NCBI GenBank assembly: GCA_030390025.1
Contig: CM059425.1
Location: 162,380,001 to 162,444,000, forward strand
Direction of reading: 5' to 3'
DNA length: 64,000 nt
From: Squalus acanthias
Taxonomy: Eukaryota
Numbering within the stretch: the first letter of the stretch is position 1; each line of letters starts with the position of its first letter. Below are positions 52,540 to 64,000 of this stretch, in pieces. The notes beneath the pieces were generated by a model, which had not been told where the DNA came from, made no database searches, and saw nothing but the letters and a program-made list of their open reading frames with translations. Made by a program: the position numbers and the translations under genes.

Positions 52540-53416
52540 AAGCGCGATTTTATCGGCACTGAGAGGGTGGGTTTGGAGGAGGGTCAAAGGTTAAAATTGT
52601 TTTGAATGACGCCGGGGTCCGATCCCGCCGTCAACCCACCTCCAAACAATTTTCCCAAGGGTCGGGTCCCCGATTTGCGCATGGACCCGACACCTAGTCT
52701 AGTGGCGGGAAGAGGATTAAAGCCACTTACCTGCTAGTTCACAGGTACTTGATAGTAGTTAACAGGCTCTTATTTAATTTTGCCACTTCTGCCTCGGGCT
52801 TCCCGACGTCCGGACACCACGCCAGGTAAGTGTGGCGTGTTGTGAGTCTGCTGTAATGTTACTGCATTGATGACAGCTGCAGAAGTGGTGTGAAGGATCC
52901 AATGCTGCACTGGTGAGTCTCAGAGGTAAGAAAATGTTGGGAAAATCATTTTTAATGCATTTACACATTTCTTTAGGTAACAAGTTTTGAATTGAATGTC
53001 TAGTCCCACCTCATTGGGAGAACCTCTCTCACCAGTGACAGATCACTCCTGTCACCTCACCTGCAGCTGCCATCTGTTCCAGCCTATGGAGGGAGTCACT
53101 GGAGAGCCTGGGTGCAAGAGTTCACCTTTGTACAGTGATTGTCAGTGTTTGCAGCACCTCAATGCTGTCAAACACTGAGAAATGAGCTGTCAAAAAAAAA
53201 ATTGTGCATGGTCCCTTTAAGAAAACCGGCAGATGACGCGTCATCAAATGATGCCATCTGACCGGCTTCCTCTTAATTGGCCAGCAAGCCCGCAGGGCGG
53301 GCTTAACAATCAATGTAAAATCACGTCCGTGGGCCGGATGCAGTTGGGGGCAGGACTGGAAGCCGGAAACCACCTGACTCACTCCCAACCCGCATCCATT
53401 GACAAAATCACGGTCT
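52540..53416. mobile_element. Older MITE, related to family B
   Basis: CGCGATTTTATC / GACAAAATCACG inverted ends; GGTGGGTTTGG...GGTTAAA motif shared with 30965. Confidence 0.5.
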
Positions 53417-54826
53417 AAGAGTGTGTGTGGTCCTTCTTATTAGAAATAGCATAAGAGGTGTTACCGGTGCTGCAGTAAATTGATTTCATGCCTGCTAGTA
53501 GTGGTTAAAAAGCCACTGTAGCTTGCTCAAGTTCCCAGGAGGAGGGAGCTACCACTAGCATTTGGGTAAGGTGCACACAGGTATTGAAGGGGGTGGGAAG
53601 TCAGTAATATCCATTCAGAATCTGATGATTTTTCCTTTTCATGATGTGCTGTTGGTGAGATTGCGCAGGATAATAATGCCCATTTTACCAATGCCTTATT
53701 GCTCCCATGAAACATTGGAAGAGCAGGACTCAGATGGACTGTAAAGGAGTTATTTGTAGATTCAGATTTCCTGCACTCTGGGGAATTCATGGATCAATAG
53801 CTCTCCTGAGGATGGGAAATTTGCATCACTGATCCAATTGCGAATGTAGACAAGCGAGCCACTAGCTGGCAAATTCCAGCAATAAGCCCACTGTGTCCCT
53901 GGGTGAAACAAAGGCAGTTATTGTCAATTGGGGGTGCATAACATCCCAGTACTTCTGCTTTTCCTGCCGTTGCTTCTGCTTCTCACAGGGTATTCAAAGT
54001 CGTCTTCTTTGTGGGGTGACTTGATATTTGATATGACATTAAAGCAGAATAAATCTCCCTATACTAAAATATCCTGCTACATGTACAGTTCATGTAGCCT
54101 CAACGATTACTGAGTGTCAGCTGTGGTAAAGTAAAATAGCTTCCATAATGCAAACTAGCTGCCAGTGGACATTTGAATGCTTATATATTCAGCTTGCTCC
54201 CATGGTGGACAAAAAAGCCATGTTGGGCAGTAATAGATTTTTCATTTGTACAAATAGCAACAGGCCCACTAGTGTCTGCCTGTTGGATACTTACGTCCAT
54301 TGCGCTCCATAATGTAACATTATAATATACACCAGCCATATTACTTCCCAGTAATCAACTGCAAATTATTTCTTGATCATCTTATAGAACAAAAATAGCA
54401 ATTCTTCAATGAACATCCTTTTGCAATGATATCATGGAGCATACTGGCAGACAGCCTCAGCACCGAGTGCTCCTGTGACTAAGTAAAGGATCTAAAATTA
54501 AGTAAAGATACCGCATGAAATTCAGAGTGTATATTATCAAACAATGATGCATTCTGCAGTGATTCCAAAACTATAATTTAATTCATGGTTCAGAATTTGT
54601 TGCAAACTGTTTGAGCTTTGTAATCTATGATATGACCCTTCAATTGGATTACAGCCTTCCTCTAACTCTATAATATGGGGAAAATTCACAATCCCATACT
54701 CCCAGTAGGAACCCTTGCTTAAAAGGTCTGAGAATTGGCATTACAGTATTATAACCGATTTTCTGCTGCCCTGCTCCCAAATAGTGCCTCACAATGGGTG
54801 CAATACAGAGAAAAATGGATGCTAAT

Positions 54827-54974
54827 CAATATTCCCTGTAATTTCTTTTCGGGCCACGCCGCGCGGCCCATTCAAAATACCGCGCATGTGCGGTTTTTCT
54901 ATTGAAAAGGCGTCAAGCCGGCTGCGCGGGACTCCTGGAGCGCTTTACGGCCGCACAGCTTACAGGGAACATTG
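54827..54974. mobile_element. hAT-like MITE (148 bp), same family as 38647
   Basis: 8-bp TSD ATGCTAAT / GTGCTAAT; TIRs CAATATTCCCTGTAA / TTACAGGGAACATTG. Confidence 0.85.
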
Positions 54975-55347
54975 GTGCTAATCCTTTGCTCCCATTTTGC
55001 TCCTGAACAGCAGTGCACACGAACTTCCTCTATGGCGTTTCTGGTGTCTATACCTGACCGTGCCTGAAGAGGGCGCACCAATGTAAATTTCATGCACAAA
55101 CTTCCTCAAATAGCACCTGGGTGCAGTTTGGAGGCAAACCTCTCCCAGAGGAACCTGGTGTTAATGATTCCAGAGCTGCTGTTTAGGCAGGCTGGTCCCA
55201 GCAGAGACACTTCTAATGTGTATGTGCTAATTGTTCCCATACAGCACTGGGAGAGGAAGATCGGGTCCTCTCTCGCCAACTTGGAGTGAGGCTCCTTTCT
55301 GCAAGCATGGGATCCTGAATTTATGCTTAATGATGGTTAAATAGTAT

Positions 55348-56199
55348 GGGCGAGAAATTGAGCTCCATAGCGCCCATTTATTGAGTGCTACGAGTGCCTT
55401 TAGAGCTGCAAAATGGTGCGCGCAGCACACGTGCACACCTGTGACGCAAAGCACACCAGACGGCATCTTGGTGCAAGCATTAGCGTGCGCGCAGTGGATG
55501 TCCGCCGAAGGTATGCAGAGCACGCAGATCATGACGTTAATCAGCGTGCAATGCTGCCATTTTGGAGCTCAACACTCCAGCCAATGCTCTCTCTTAAGCT
55601 CACACAGCTGAACACACGTTAAGCAGCATGAAGGACCCCCACCAGGGCTATTTAAAGGGGTCATCAATTACTTACAGGTTAGTAAGTGGTTGATTTCTTT
55701 TGGCTATTGCTGTAATTCTACACGTTTTTGCTGCTTTCGATAGTTGTTTCAAGTTCCAAAAGTCTACAGGGAGTGGTGTGGCAGGTGGCAGGTGTCAGTA
55801 CATTTTACTGACTTCAAGGATTCTGCACAAACCAGTTGCTCCCAGACATGGGTACACTAGTAGGGCTTCCTTTTGGAATAGAGCATGACTGGGAGATTAA
55901 GCAGAGGCCATGCAGAGCAGGACAAGCTGCTAGAAGAGGAAGGAGGAGGAGGGGGAGAAGGGCTCTCAACAGGAGGCCATATCTGCCCAGGATGTTCAGG
56001 GAGCAATTCTCCAAGCTGAACCTCAGCGAGGAACAGTGTGTGAGACGTCTGCGCTTCACTAAGAACATCCTCACTGAAATCTGCCAAATGCTGCAGCCAC
56101 AACTGCAACCTCAGAGCAGGGCAAGGACCACATTGCCAGTGGCTCCAACTCTTATTTTTCGTCCAGAAAACGGGTGCAACGGGGAAACAATTTCTCCCC
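55348..56199 (+). mobile_element. Internally deleted PIF/Harbinger element retaining the transposase N-terminus
   Basis: TIRs GGGCGAGAAATTG / CAATTTCTCCCC; ORF 55836 contains RRPYLPRMFREQFSKLNLSEEQCVRRLRFTKNILTEICQMLQPQLQP...TLPVA, like HARBI1-type N-termini. Confidence 0.75.
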
Positions 56200-57474
56200 A
56201 TTGTTTACTTTGTTGTGAAATCTTGTAACATGCACTCAACAAAATCATTCACTAGTACTTTTATACATTGTTATACTGTCAATTACTTTAACAGCAGAAA
56301 CTACTGCAAGTTAGTCAAACTATTGGACCATGTTAACGTCCTACAAAAGACAGTGTAGCACCTGCAATGCCCACTTCCAACACATTCTTTACATTCCCTG
56401 ATTACACAAGGACAAACACATTTCTGAATAGGAGCTCTTGCCAGGAAAAAGGGAGATATCCTAGAATCACACTGTGTCTCATAGATAAGTAAAACAATCA
56501 AATATATATATATAAAAATAAAAATGCAAGTGATAAGGGTAAGTGCTAGGAAATAAAACATTTATCAGGTGTTTGTATGACATACAAAATCATTCAAGCT
56601 TCAAGTTGGAGATTTACAAAGCGACCTGGACTTTGTGACTGTGACTGCAACCCCAGCTCCATTTACCCATTGTTCTACATGTATTTTTATCACTTTCATC
56701 ATTGGTTGCTGTAGTTTATTAATATCATTCTAACAATAAGAGTACTCTATCTGTTCCTGGACCCAGCTTATTTTGTCCACTGAGCACAGCACGTTCTTCA
56801 GTTGAAATTTTTCCTATTATATGCCATTATTATGATTAACCAATTTTGACCTTCTATGAGCAATAAAATCTGTGTCAAAATCTACAGCAAAATGGATTTC
56901 ACATAAATTAACATAAATATCAAGAATCACATGTGAAAAGGAAAACAATGCAGCAACTGAAAAAGAAATTTAAATGATTGCCAATTTGAATAGTCTTACA
57001 TTCAGCATTTCATTCATATGGCTGCTGACTGCTTTTCATTTTTAAAAGGTTTGAACTTACTTCAATTTCTCATATTCACTCAGGGATTTACTTTATATTC
57101 TTGCCAACCAGGAGTTGCTGCACCATTTCTAAAACTCAATTTTGTCCTTCAGAAGTTTGTCACTGCTCTTATCTTTACAAAGACATGCTGAATTACTCTT
57201 ATTTCCTAACGTGCATGCGCACACACGCACAAACCAACATACACACACAAAAAGTATGTTTGACCCAGTCACGGAACAGAGAAAAGGATTTATTGCTCAC
57301 TTTTCCCCTTCACAATGTACACACTAACAGTTGTTAGGATGATAAACAGCTCTGTCCAATTATCTGTACTCAAACTCTTCAACTACTTCTTTCCAGTCTG
57401 CAGGACTCCATCGGGTCTAAAAACCACAGTCCTCTGTACCTGAGGGAAAACAGAAGTGTTCCAAAGATAATTAC

Positions 57475-57534
57475 CTTGTCAGTTCTGTCCTCTTCATCCT
57501 CCTCATACGCTATCAAGCTCTCCTCTAACTCTTC
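57475..57534 (-). CDS. Candidate 60-nt internal coding exon of an unidentified host gene (EELEESLIAYEEDEEDRTDK in phase 0)
   Basis: Polypyrimidine acceptor TTTCTCTGTTTCCTCTCAACAG, donor AAG|GTAATT, length divisible by 3, open frame, purine-rich, unique sequence. Confidence 0.6.
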
Positions 57535-57679
57535 CTGTTGAGAGGAAACAGAGAAAGTGCAACGGTCATCAGCAATGAAAAGTAAACACCATATTGTTAT
57601 GTGACTGGAATTATATTCAGGTTATGGTTTCTAAATAGCACTAGAAATAGTTATACATTTTAAACTCCCCTTCAGGGGC

Positions 57680-58677
57680 TTTGTTGTAATGTAGGGAAAC
57701 GTGGAAGCTAATTTACACGCAGCAAGGTTCTCCAAACAACAATGAGATAAATAACCAGATAATCTGTTTAGTTGAGGTTGGTTAACGGATAAATATTGGC
57801 CCGGACACAAAGGGCTAGAAATTGCGTAGCGCCCCGTTTGGGGCGATAACTTTTGCGGGAGCGCAAAGGTATCGCTGGGCGAAAAACATTTGAATCTGCC
57901 AGGAACTTCCGCTTTAGTGCTCCAAGAGGAAGTGGAGCGCTAAGTCAAGCGCTACCACTTCCCTTAGAACGCTAAAGGGAGTGAGGGGGCGGTAGCGGCA
58001 GAGCGCTGCACAATGTTCCGTGCAGCGCTTCCTGTTTTACAGGCTCCTTCCCTCCCTTAAAGGGAAGGGCCAATGCTGCGTTGAAGGAATCCTCAGGCTG
58101 TGTCTGTTGGGCAACGGCACCTGCGATACGTGCATTGCAGCCGCATGCACTCTAAGAAAGTGCAGGGCTAAGCAATCGTGGGGTACAAAAAAATCAAAAA
58201 ACACCCGAATGGGGACATTATTAAATTTTGGCCTACCTGACCGCAACTGCCTTTAATTAGTGCTCTCCAAGCAGCCAGCCGAGGTGACAATGCCTCCGGC
58301 AGCTGCCGTTGTTGACGACCGGCGATACTGCAGGGGGCGGAAGTGAATATTGCATCCGGGGCGGTAACGGGGCGCTGTGCACCAGATGACATCACGATCT
58401 CCGGGGTGTAAGAGATCGAGGCAGTAAGTTTTAGCGCCAGCACAAAAGCAGCAGGGAAGTTTACAGGCGTCGGTGATTTCGCCGCGCCTGGTCGGTAAGC
58501 CCTTAGCGCCCCATTACCGCCACCCGGAGGCGCTAACGGGAGGCACAAACCAGGCCAACTTCTCCCCCCAGAACTCCCCTGCTCTCTGTTGAATAGTTCC
58601 TGGAGATCTTTTACATCCACTTGAGAGGGCAGCTCAGCTCCCTCACTACTGAACTGAAGCACCAACCTACATTATGT
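57680..58677 (-). mobile_element. Deu-domain SINE split by later insertions; its head is displaced to about 61050-61137
   Basis: GGATAAATATTGGCCCGGACAC [MITE] GAACTCCCCTGCTCT; head TTCTGACTC...CACTGAGCCAAGGCTGACAC at 61090-61136. Confidence 0.75.
57812..58569 (-). mobile_element. Harbinger-like MITE, family A, reverse orientation
   Basis: GGGCTAGAAATTG / CAACTTCTCCCCC; reverse complement aligns by eye with 32324-32992. Confidence 0.82.
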
Positions 58678-60917
58678 GGGAATCCCGACTTCACACTGAG
58701 GACACCCTCCATCGTGTTGTGTGGCACTACCACTGTGCTAAATGGGATAGATTCAGAACAGAACTAGCAGCTCAAAACTGGGCATCCATGAGGCGCTGTG
58801 GGCCATCAGCAGCATTAGAATTGTATTCCACCATAATCTGTAACCTCATGGCCTGGCATATCCCTCACTCTACCATTACCATCAAGCCAGGGGACCAACC
58901 CTGGTTCAATGAGGAGTGTAGAAGAGAATGCCAGGAGCAGCACCAGGCGTACTTAAAAATGCGGTGCCAACCTGGGGACGCTGCAACACAGGACTACATG
59001 CATGCTAAAAAGCGGAAGCAGCATGATATAGACAGAGCTAAGCTATCCCACAATCAATGGATCAGATCAAAGCTCGGCAGTCCTGCCACATCCAGTCGTG
59101 AATGGTGGAGGACCATTACACAACTAACGGGAGGAAGAGGGTCCATGAATATCCCCATCCTCAATGATGGTGGAGCCCAGCACGTGAGTGCAAAAGACAA
59201 GGCTGAAGCATTTGCAACCATCTTCAGCCAGAAGTGCCGAGTGGATGATCTATATCGGCCTCCTCCTGAGGTCTCCACCACCACAGAAGCCAGTCTTCAG
59301 GCAATTCGATTCACTCCACGTGATATCAAAAAACAGCTAAGTGCACTGGATACAGCAAAGGCTATGGGCCCCGACAACATCCCGGCTATCGTGCTGAAGA
59401 CTTGTGCTCCAGAACTAGCCGCGCCTCTAGCCAAGCTGTTCCAGTATAGCTACAACACTGGGATCTATCCGACAATGTGGAAACCTGCCCAGGTATGTCC
59501 TGTCCACAAAAAGCAGGACAAATCCAACCCGGCCAATTACCGCCCCATCAGTCTACTCTCAATCGTCAGCAAAGTGATGGAAGGTGTTGTCGACAGTGCT
59601 ATCAAGCAACACTTACTCACCAATAACCTGCTCACTGATGACCAGTTTGGGTTCCGCCAGGACCACTCAGCTCCAGACCTCATTAAAGCCTGGGTCCAAA
59701 CATGGACAAAAAAGCTGAATTCCAAAGGTGAGGTGAGAGTGACGACCCTTGACATCAAGGCAGCATTTGACCGAGTGTGGCATCAAGGAGCCCTAGTAAA
59801 ACTGAAGTCAATGGGAATTGGGGGGGAAAACTCTCTACTGGCTGGAGTCATACCTAGCACAAAGGAAGATGGTTGTGGTGGTTGGAGGTCAATCATCACA
59901 GCCCTAGGACATTGCTGCAGGAGTTCCTCAGGGCAGTGTCCTAGGCCCAACTATCTTCAGCTGCTTCATCAATGGCCTGCTCTCCATCATAAGGTCAGAA
60001 GTGGGGATGTTCACTGATGACTGCACAGCGTTCAGTGCCATTCGCAACTCCTCAGATAATGAAGCAGTCCAAGCCCGCATACAGCAAGACCTAGACGACA
60101 TTCAGGTTTGGGCTGATAAGTGGCAGGTAACATTCGCGCCACACAAGTGCCAGGCAATGACTATCTCCAACAAGCGAGCATCTAACTACCACCCCTCGAT
60201 ATTCAACAGCATTACCATCACCAAATCACCCACCATCAATATCCTGGGGGTCACCATTGACCAGAAACTTAACTGGACCAGCCACATAAATACTGTGGCA
60301 ACAAGTGCAGGTCAGAGCCTGGGTATTCTGCGGCGAGTGTCTCACCTCCTTACTCCCCAAAGCCTTTCCACCATCTACAAGGCACAAGCCAGGAGTGTGA
60401 TGGAATACTCTACACTTGCCTGGATGAATGCAGCTCCAACAACACTCAAGAAGCTCGACAACATCCAGGACAAAGCAGCCCGCTTGATTGGCACCTCAGC
60501 TACCACCTTAAACATTCACTCCCTCTACCACCGGCGTACCGTGGCTGCAGTGTGTACCATCTACAAGATGCACTGCAGCAACTCACCGAGGCTTCTTCGT
60601 CAGCACCTCTCAAACCCGCGACCTCTACCACCTAGAAGGACAAGGGCAGCAGGCGCATGGGAACACCACCACCTCCAAGTTTCCCTCCAAGTCACATGCC
60701 ATCCTGACTTGGAAATATATTGCTGTTCCTTCATCGTCGCTGGGTCAAAATCCTGGAACTCCCTACCTAACAGCACTGTGGGAGTACCTTCACCACACGG
60801 ACTGCAGCAGTTCAAGTACGTGGCTCACCACCACCTTCTCAAGGGCAATTAGGGATGGGCAATAAATGCTAGCCTTGTCAGCAACACCCACATCCCATGA
60901 ACGAATAAAAAAAAAAA
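58678..60917 (+). mobile_element. 5'-truncated CR1-group LINE with nearly intact ORF2 RT
   Basis: ORFs 58674-60017 and 60001-60852: KAMGPDNIP, NYRPISLLS, QFGFR, LDIKAAFDRVWH, MFTDD; frameshift in the G-run at about 59820; poly(A) at 60907-60917. Confidence 0.93.
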
Positions 60918-61499
60918 TTCCTTGGAGCTGCTCCCACTCCGCTGCCGTAACTTCACTGGAAGGGTGGCAGAAACCTCGCTTATGGGCATAAGGGGATATC
61001 TGCTGCATTTCCAGTGAAGTGGAAGCAACGCAGAGAAAATTCCCAGTTTGTATGCTCACGTCTCTGGAGTGGAACTTGAACTTTCAACTTTCTGACTCAA
61101 CGGCGAGACTGCTATCACTGAGCCAAGGCTGACACCTGTGCTGAATTTGTGGCAATGAAACCAACCATAACTGGGAGCACGTTCTCTAGCACAAGAAAAT
61201 TCTGAATGCGTGTCTGATGTGGAGTCACAGAGAATTCATCTAACTCATGGTCAGTCAGCACCATTGCTGGTACAGGGTGTGAGCCTGAGTGACAGAATCA
61301 AAATAAATATAAAACATGTAATAGATACGGCCTTCAAATAAATATATGGACTGGGGTCAGAACTAATGATCAATACAATACTGAATCCTCCAAATACATA
61401 TAGAAGCCGAGAGAAAAACTGGATACAAAATATATAATACAAATTTAAGCAAAGCAATAATAAGGAGCCAGGGCTCTGCATCAAAATTTACAGCATCTA

Positions 61500-62035
61500 G
61501 ACAAAAAACGAGCAGACATGTGGGAGCCAAGAAATCATGACAGAGAGGCACTGGAGAAGGTGCAAAAAAGATTTACATGGATCATATCAGAACTGAGAGG
61601 TTATACCTATCAGGAAAGATTGAACAGGATGGGGCTCTTTTCTAGAAAAGAGAAGGCTGAGGGGTGACCTGATAGAGGTCTCTAAGATTATGAAAGGGTT
61701 TGATAGGGTAGACGATTCCACTTGTGGCGGAGACCAAAACTAAGGGCCATAAATATAAGATAGTCACTAATAAATCCAATAGGGAATTCAGGAGAAACTT
61801 CTTTACCCAGAGAGTGGTTAGAATGTGGAATTTGCTACCACAAGGAGTAGTTGAGGCAAATTGCATAGATGTATTTAAAGGGAAGCTAGATAAACACATG
61901 AAGAAAGGAAGAGAAGGATATGTTGACGAGGTTAGGTGAAGAGGGGTGAGAAGAGACTTGTGTGGAGCATAAATACCGCCATGGACCAGTTGGGCTGAAT
62001 GACCTGTTTCTGTGCTGTACATTCTATGTAATTCT
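61500..62035 (+). mobile_element. CR1 LINE 3' end
   Basis: RRNFFTQRVVRMWNLLP; 3' ATTCTATGTAATTCT. Confidence 0.85.
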
Positions 62036-62519
62036 CTCTAATGTAAAGAGAGAGAGGGGGAGAGAGAAAGAGAAAAAGCTATCGCCAAGGCTGCTCTGAA
62101 ACTGAATGCTTGGAGATGAGAGGAAATAGTGAATGACTCTTCCTTCTGACTTTTTCTCTTCTCATGTCATGTCTAGATGACAAATCATATTTCTGTTTGA
62201 TTTAAAGATAACATTAAAGTACATTATCAACTCCTTAAGGGCTTTTCTGGCATGCTCAGTCCCTGGGACAGACTGCTTAAAAAAGCCGCACTGACATGCT
62301 GATTGGCATACAAAGCTAAGTTACAGCAAATGCTACATTTGCTACAGCTCAAACCTTGTCAATGAGTCTCATTTTAAAAACTAGGATCCAAGTCTAAAAT
62401 GAGCTATGTCAATCGCTCTTTGTTTGTGGTGTGTGAGCTGGACCACGTTACTTTTTTTTCTCCCTGTGTTGGAATGCTCCATCATCAGTGAGGTGCTCTA
62501 TTCAGTGACCCAGCTGTGC

Positions 62520-63010
62520 CAACAACAACAACAACTTGTATTTATATAGCGCCTTTAATGTAGTAAAACGTCCCAAGGTGCTTCACAGGAGTGTTATAAA
62601 ACAAAAAATTTGACACCGAGTCACATAAGGAGATATTAGGGCAGATGAACCAAAGCTTGGTCAAAGAGGTAAGTTTTAAGCAGTGTCTTAAAGGAGGAAA
62701 GAGAGGTAGAGAGGTGGAGAGGTTTAAGCAGGGAATTCCAGAGCTTAGGGCCTCGGCAACAGAAGGCACGGCCACCAATGGTTGAGCGATTATAATCAGG
62801 GATGCTCAAGAGGGCAGAATTAGAGGAGTGCAGGTATCTCCTGGGTGGTTGTGGGGCTGGAGGAGATTACAGAGTTAGGGAGGGGCAAGGCCAGGGAGGG
62901 ATTTGTAAACAAGGATGAGAATTTAGAAATCGAGGCGTTGCTTAACCGGGAGCCAATGTAGGTCAGCGAGCACAGGGCTGATGGGTGAATGGGACTTGGT
63001 GCGAGTTAGG
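62520..63010 (-). mobile_element. L2 LINE 3' end
   Basis: (CAA)5 tail then CTTGTATTTATATAGCGCC; minus strand has GGRAF...PKLWNSL and FKTLLKTYLF, the L2 ORF2 C-terminus. Confidence 0.8.
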
Positions 63011-64000
63011 CTTGGTGTCAGCTAACAACTATTTCTGGTTTAACTCATGTTCTCTCCTCTCTTCTTCGCTCCTATTTTAAACCTTGGTGGTGATCAGGAC
63101 TGAAGGTCTTGGTCTTTCATTTAGGTTTCTTAATAAAAGATGACGCAAAGGTACAGATTATCAGTCCTCAAATACACAGTGTCACAGAGAGGTAATATAT
63201 CAATTCATACCAGTGATTCCTTGTTCCTTTCTCCTCTCCTCCATAGTATATTTCTGTCTCAGCTGAGCCATTGGGCTGGGGGAAGTAGAAATGCTTCCCC
63301 AGAGGGAAAATCATAAACTGAGATTAATCCTAGATTTGATTCAAGTGTGGCATTGGGAGAGGCCTAGGAATCCAATGCCTGTCCACACTCTCAGTGGTCA
63401 GTGGTTTAAGGTAATTCAATAAAGGAAGATAAAATAAAACAAAATGGAAAGGGGAAAATCTTATAAAAAGAGGGAAAGCTGGAAACAATTTTAAAAATAC
63501 AAGATTAAATTCCTGGAACACGAAGCAGAGGATAGAAAAGAAAATCATTCAATGATGAAAAATATCCCTGACACTATTATTTCTGATGGGGTTAGGAGCA
63601 CATCCATGAGGCTAGTGCATCTGTTTAGCTGAATGGTGAACATAATTAACATGTCCAATAACTGGTGTAGGGCTTCTGGGGGTGCATCTGGGGCGGGCGG
63701 AACTTCCACTCCACTATGGATGCGCCCCGACCCTGTCACAATCCTAGAGTCAGGCACAATGCATGTTCCTGGCAGGCACCAATGGGATGCCCATCTGAGG
63801 TGATGAGCTGGTGATTTGCTGTGGCACCCTGCTGCAGCGTAGGTGGGCCCAGGGATAAGAGGGAATTACAGTTAAAACCTACAAAATGCTGGTGGCTAGC
63901 TTCCTGAAAGCAATCAGTCACTCTACTAAAATTTTAAATGCCCAACTCAAATCCCTTAGCAATGCTGAACACCAGGAATGCACAGGCATCAATTGTGTCT

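Noticed and set aside
58674..60852. Retron/DGR-type or domesticated reverse transcriptase gene
   Set aside because: Ordinary 5'-truncated LINE with a frameshift and poly(A) tail, inserted within other repeats.

Overview
Eukaryotic, repeat-dominated DNA, most likely from a cartilaginous fish (shark). This is inferred from the element set: CR1 LINEs with (CATAGAAA)n-type tails, Deu-domain SINEs, RTE, L2, Penelope-like elements, and PIF/Harbinger, hAT and pogo-type MITEs. No complete host gene is present. One clean 60-nt candidate coding exon (57475-57534, minus) suggests that at least part of the window is intronic. Nearly all long ORFs are LINE fragments or minisatellite artefacts. Main observations: (1) a TA-flanked pogo/Tigger-like TIR element (18435-19160) carries a fragment encoding BUD13-like 'DSDLSPPR' repeats, and a sister element with the same ends (26578-26977) has a different interior, suggesting a gene-capturing Pack-TIR family; (2) a Penelope-like insertion forms a 334-bp inverted repeat with a minimal hammerhead ribozyme in each arm, and a second hammerhead type lies at 2061-2097; (3) many Harbinger-type MITEs occur alongside transposase and Myb/SANT remnants; (4) several insertions are nested in multiple layers. 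All family assignments come from motif recognition by eye, with no database searches, and boundaries of old elements are approximate.
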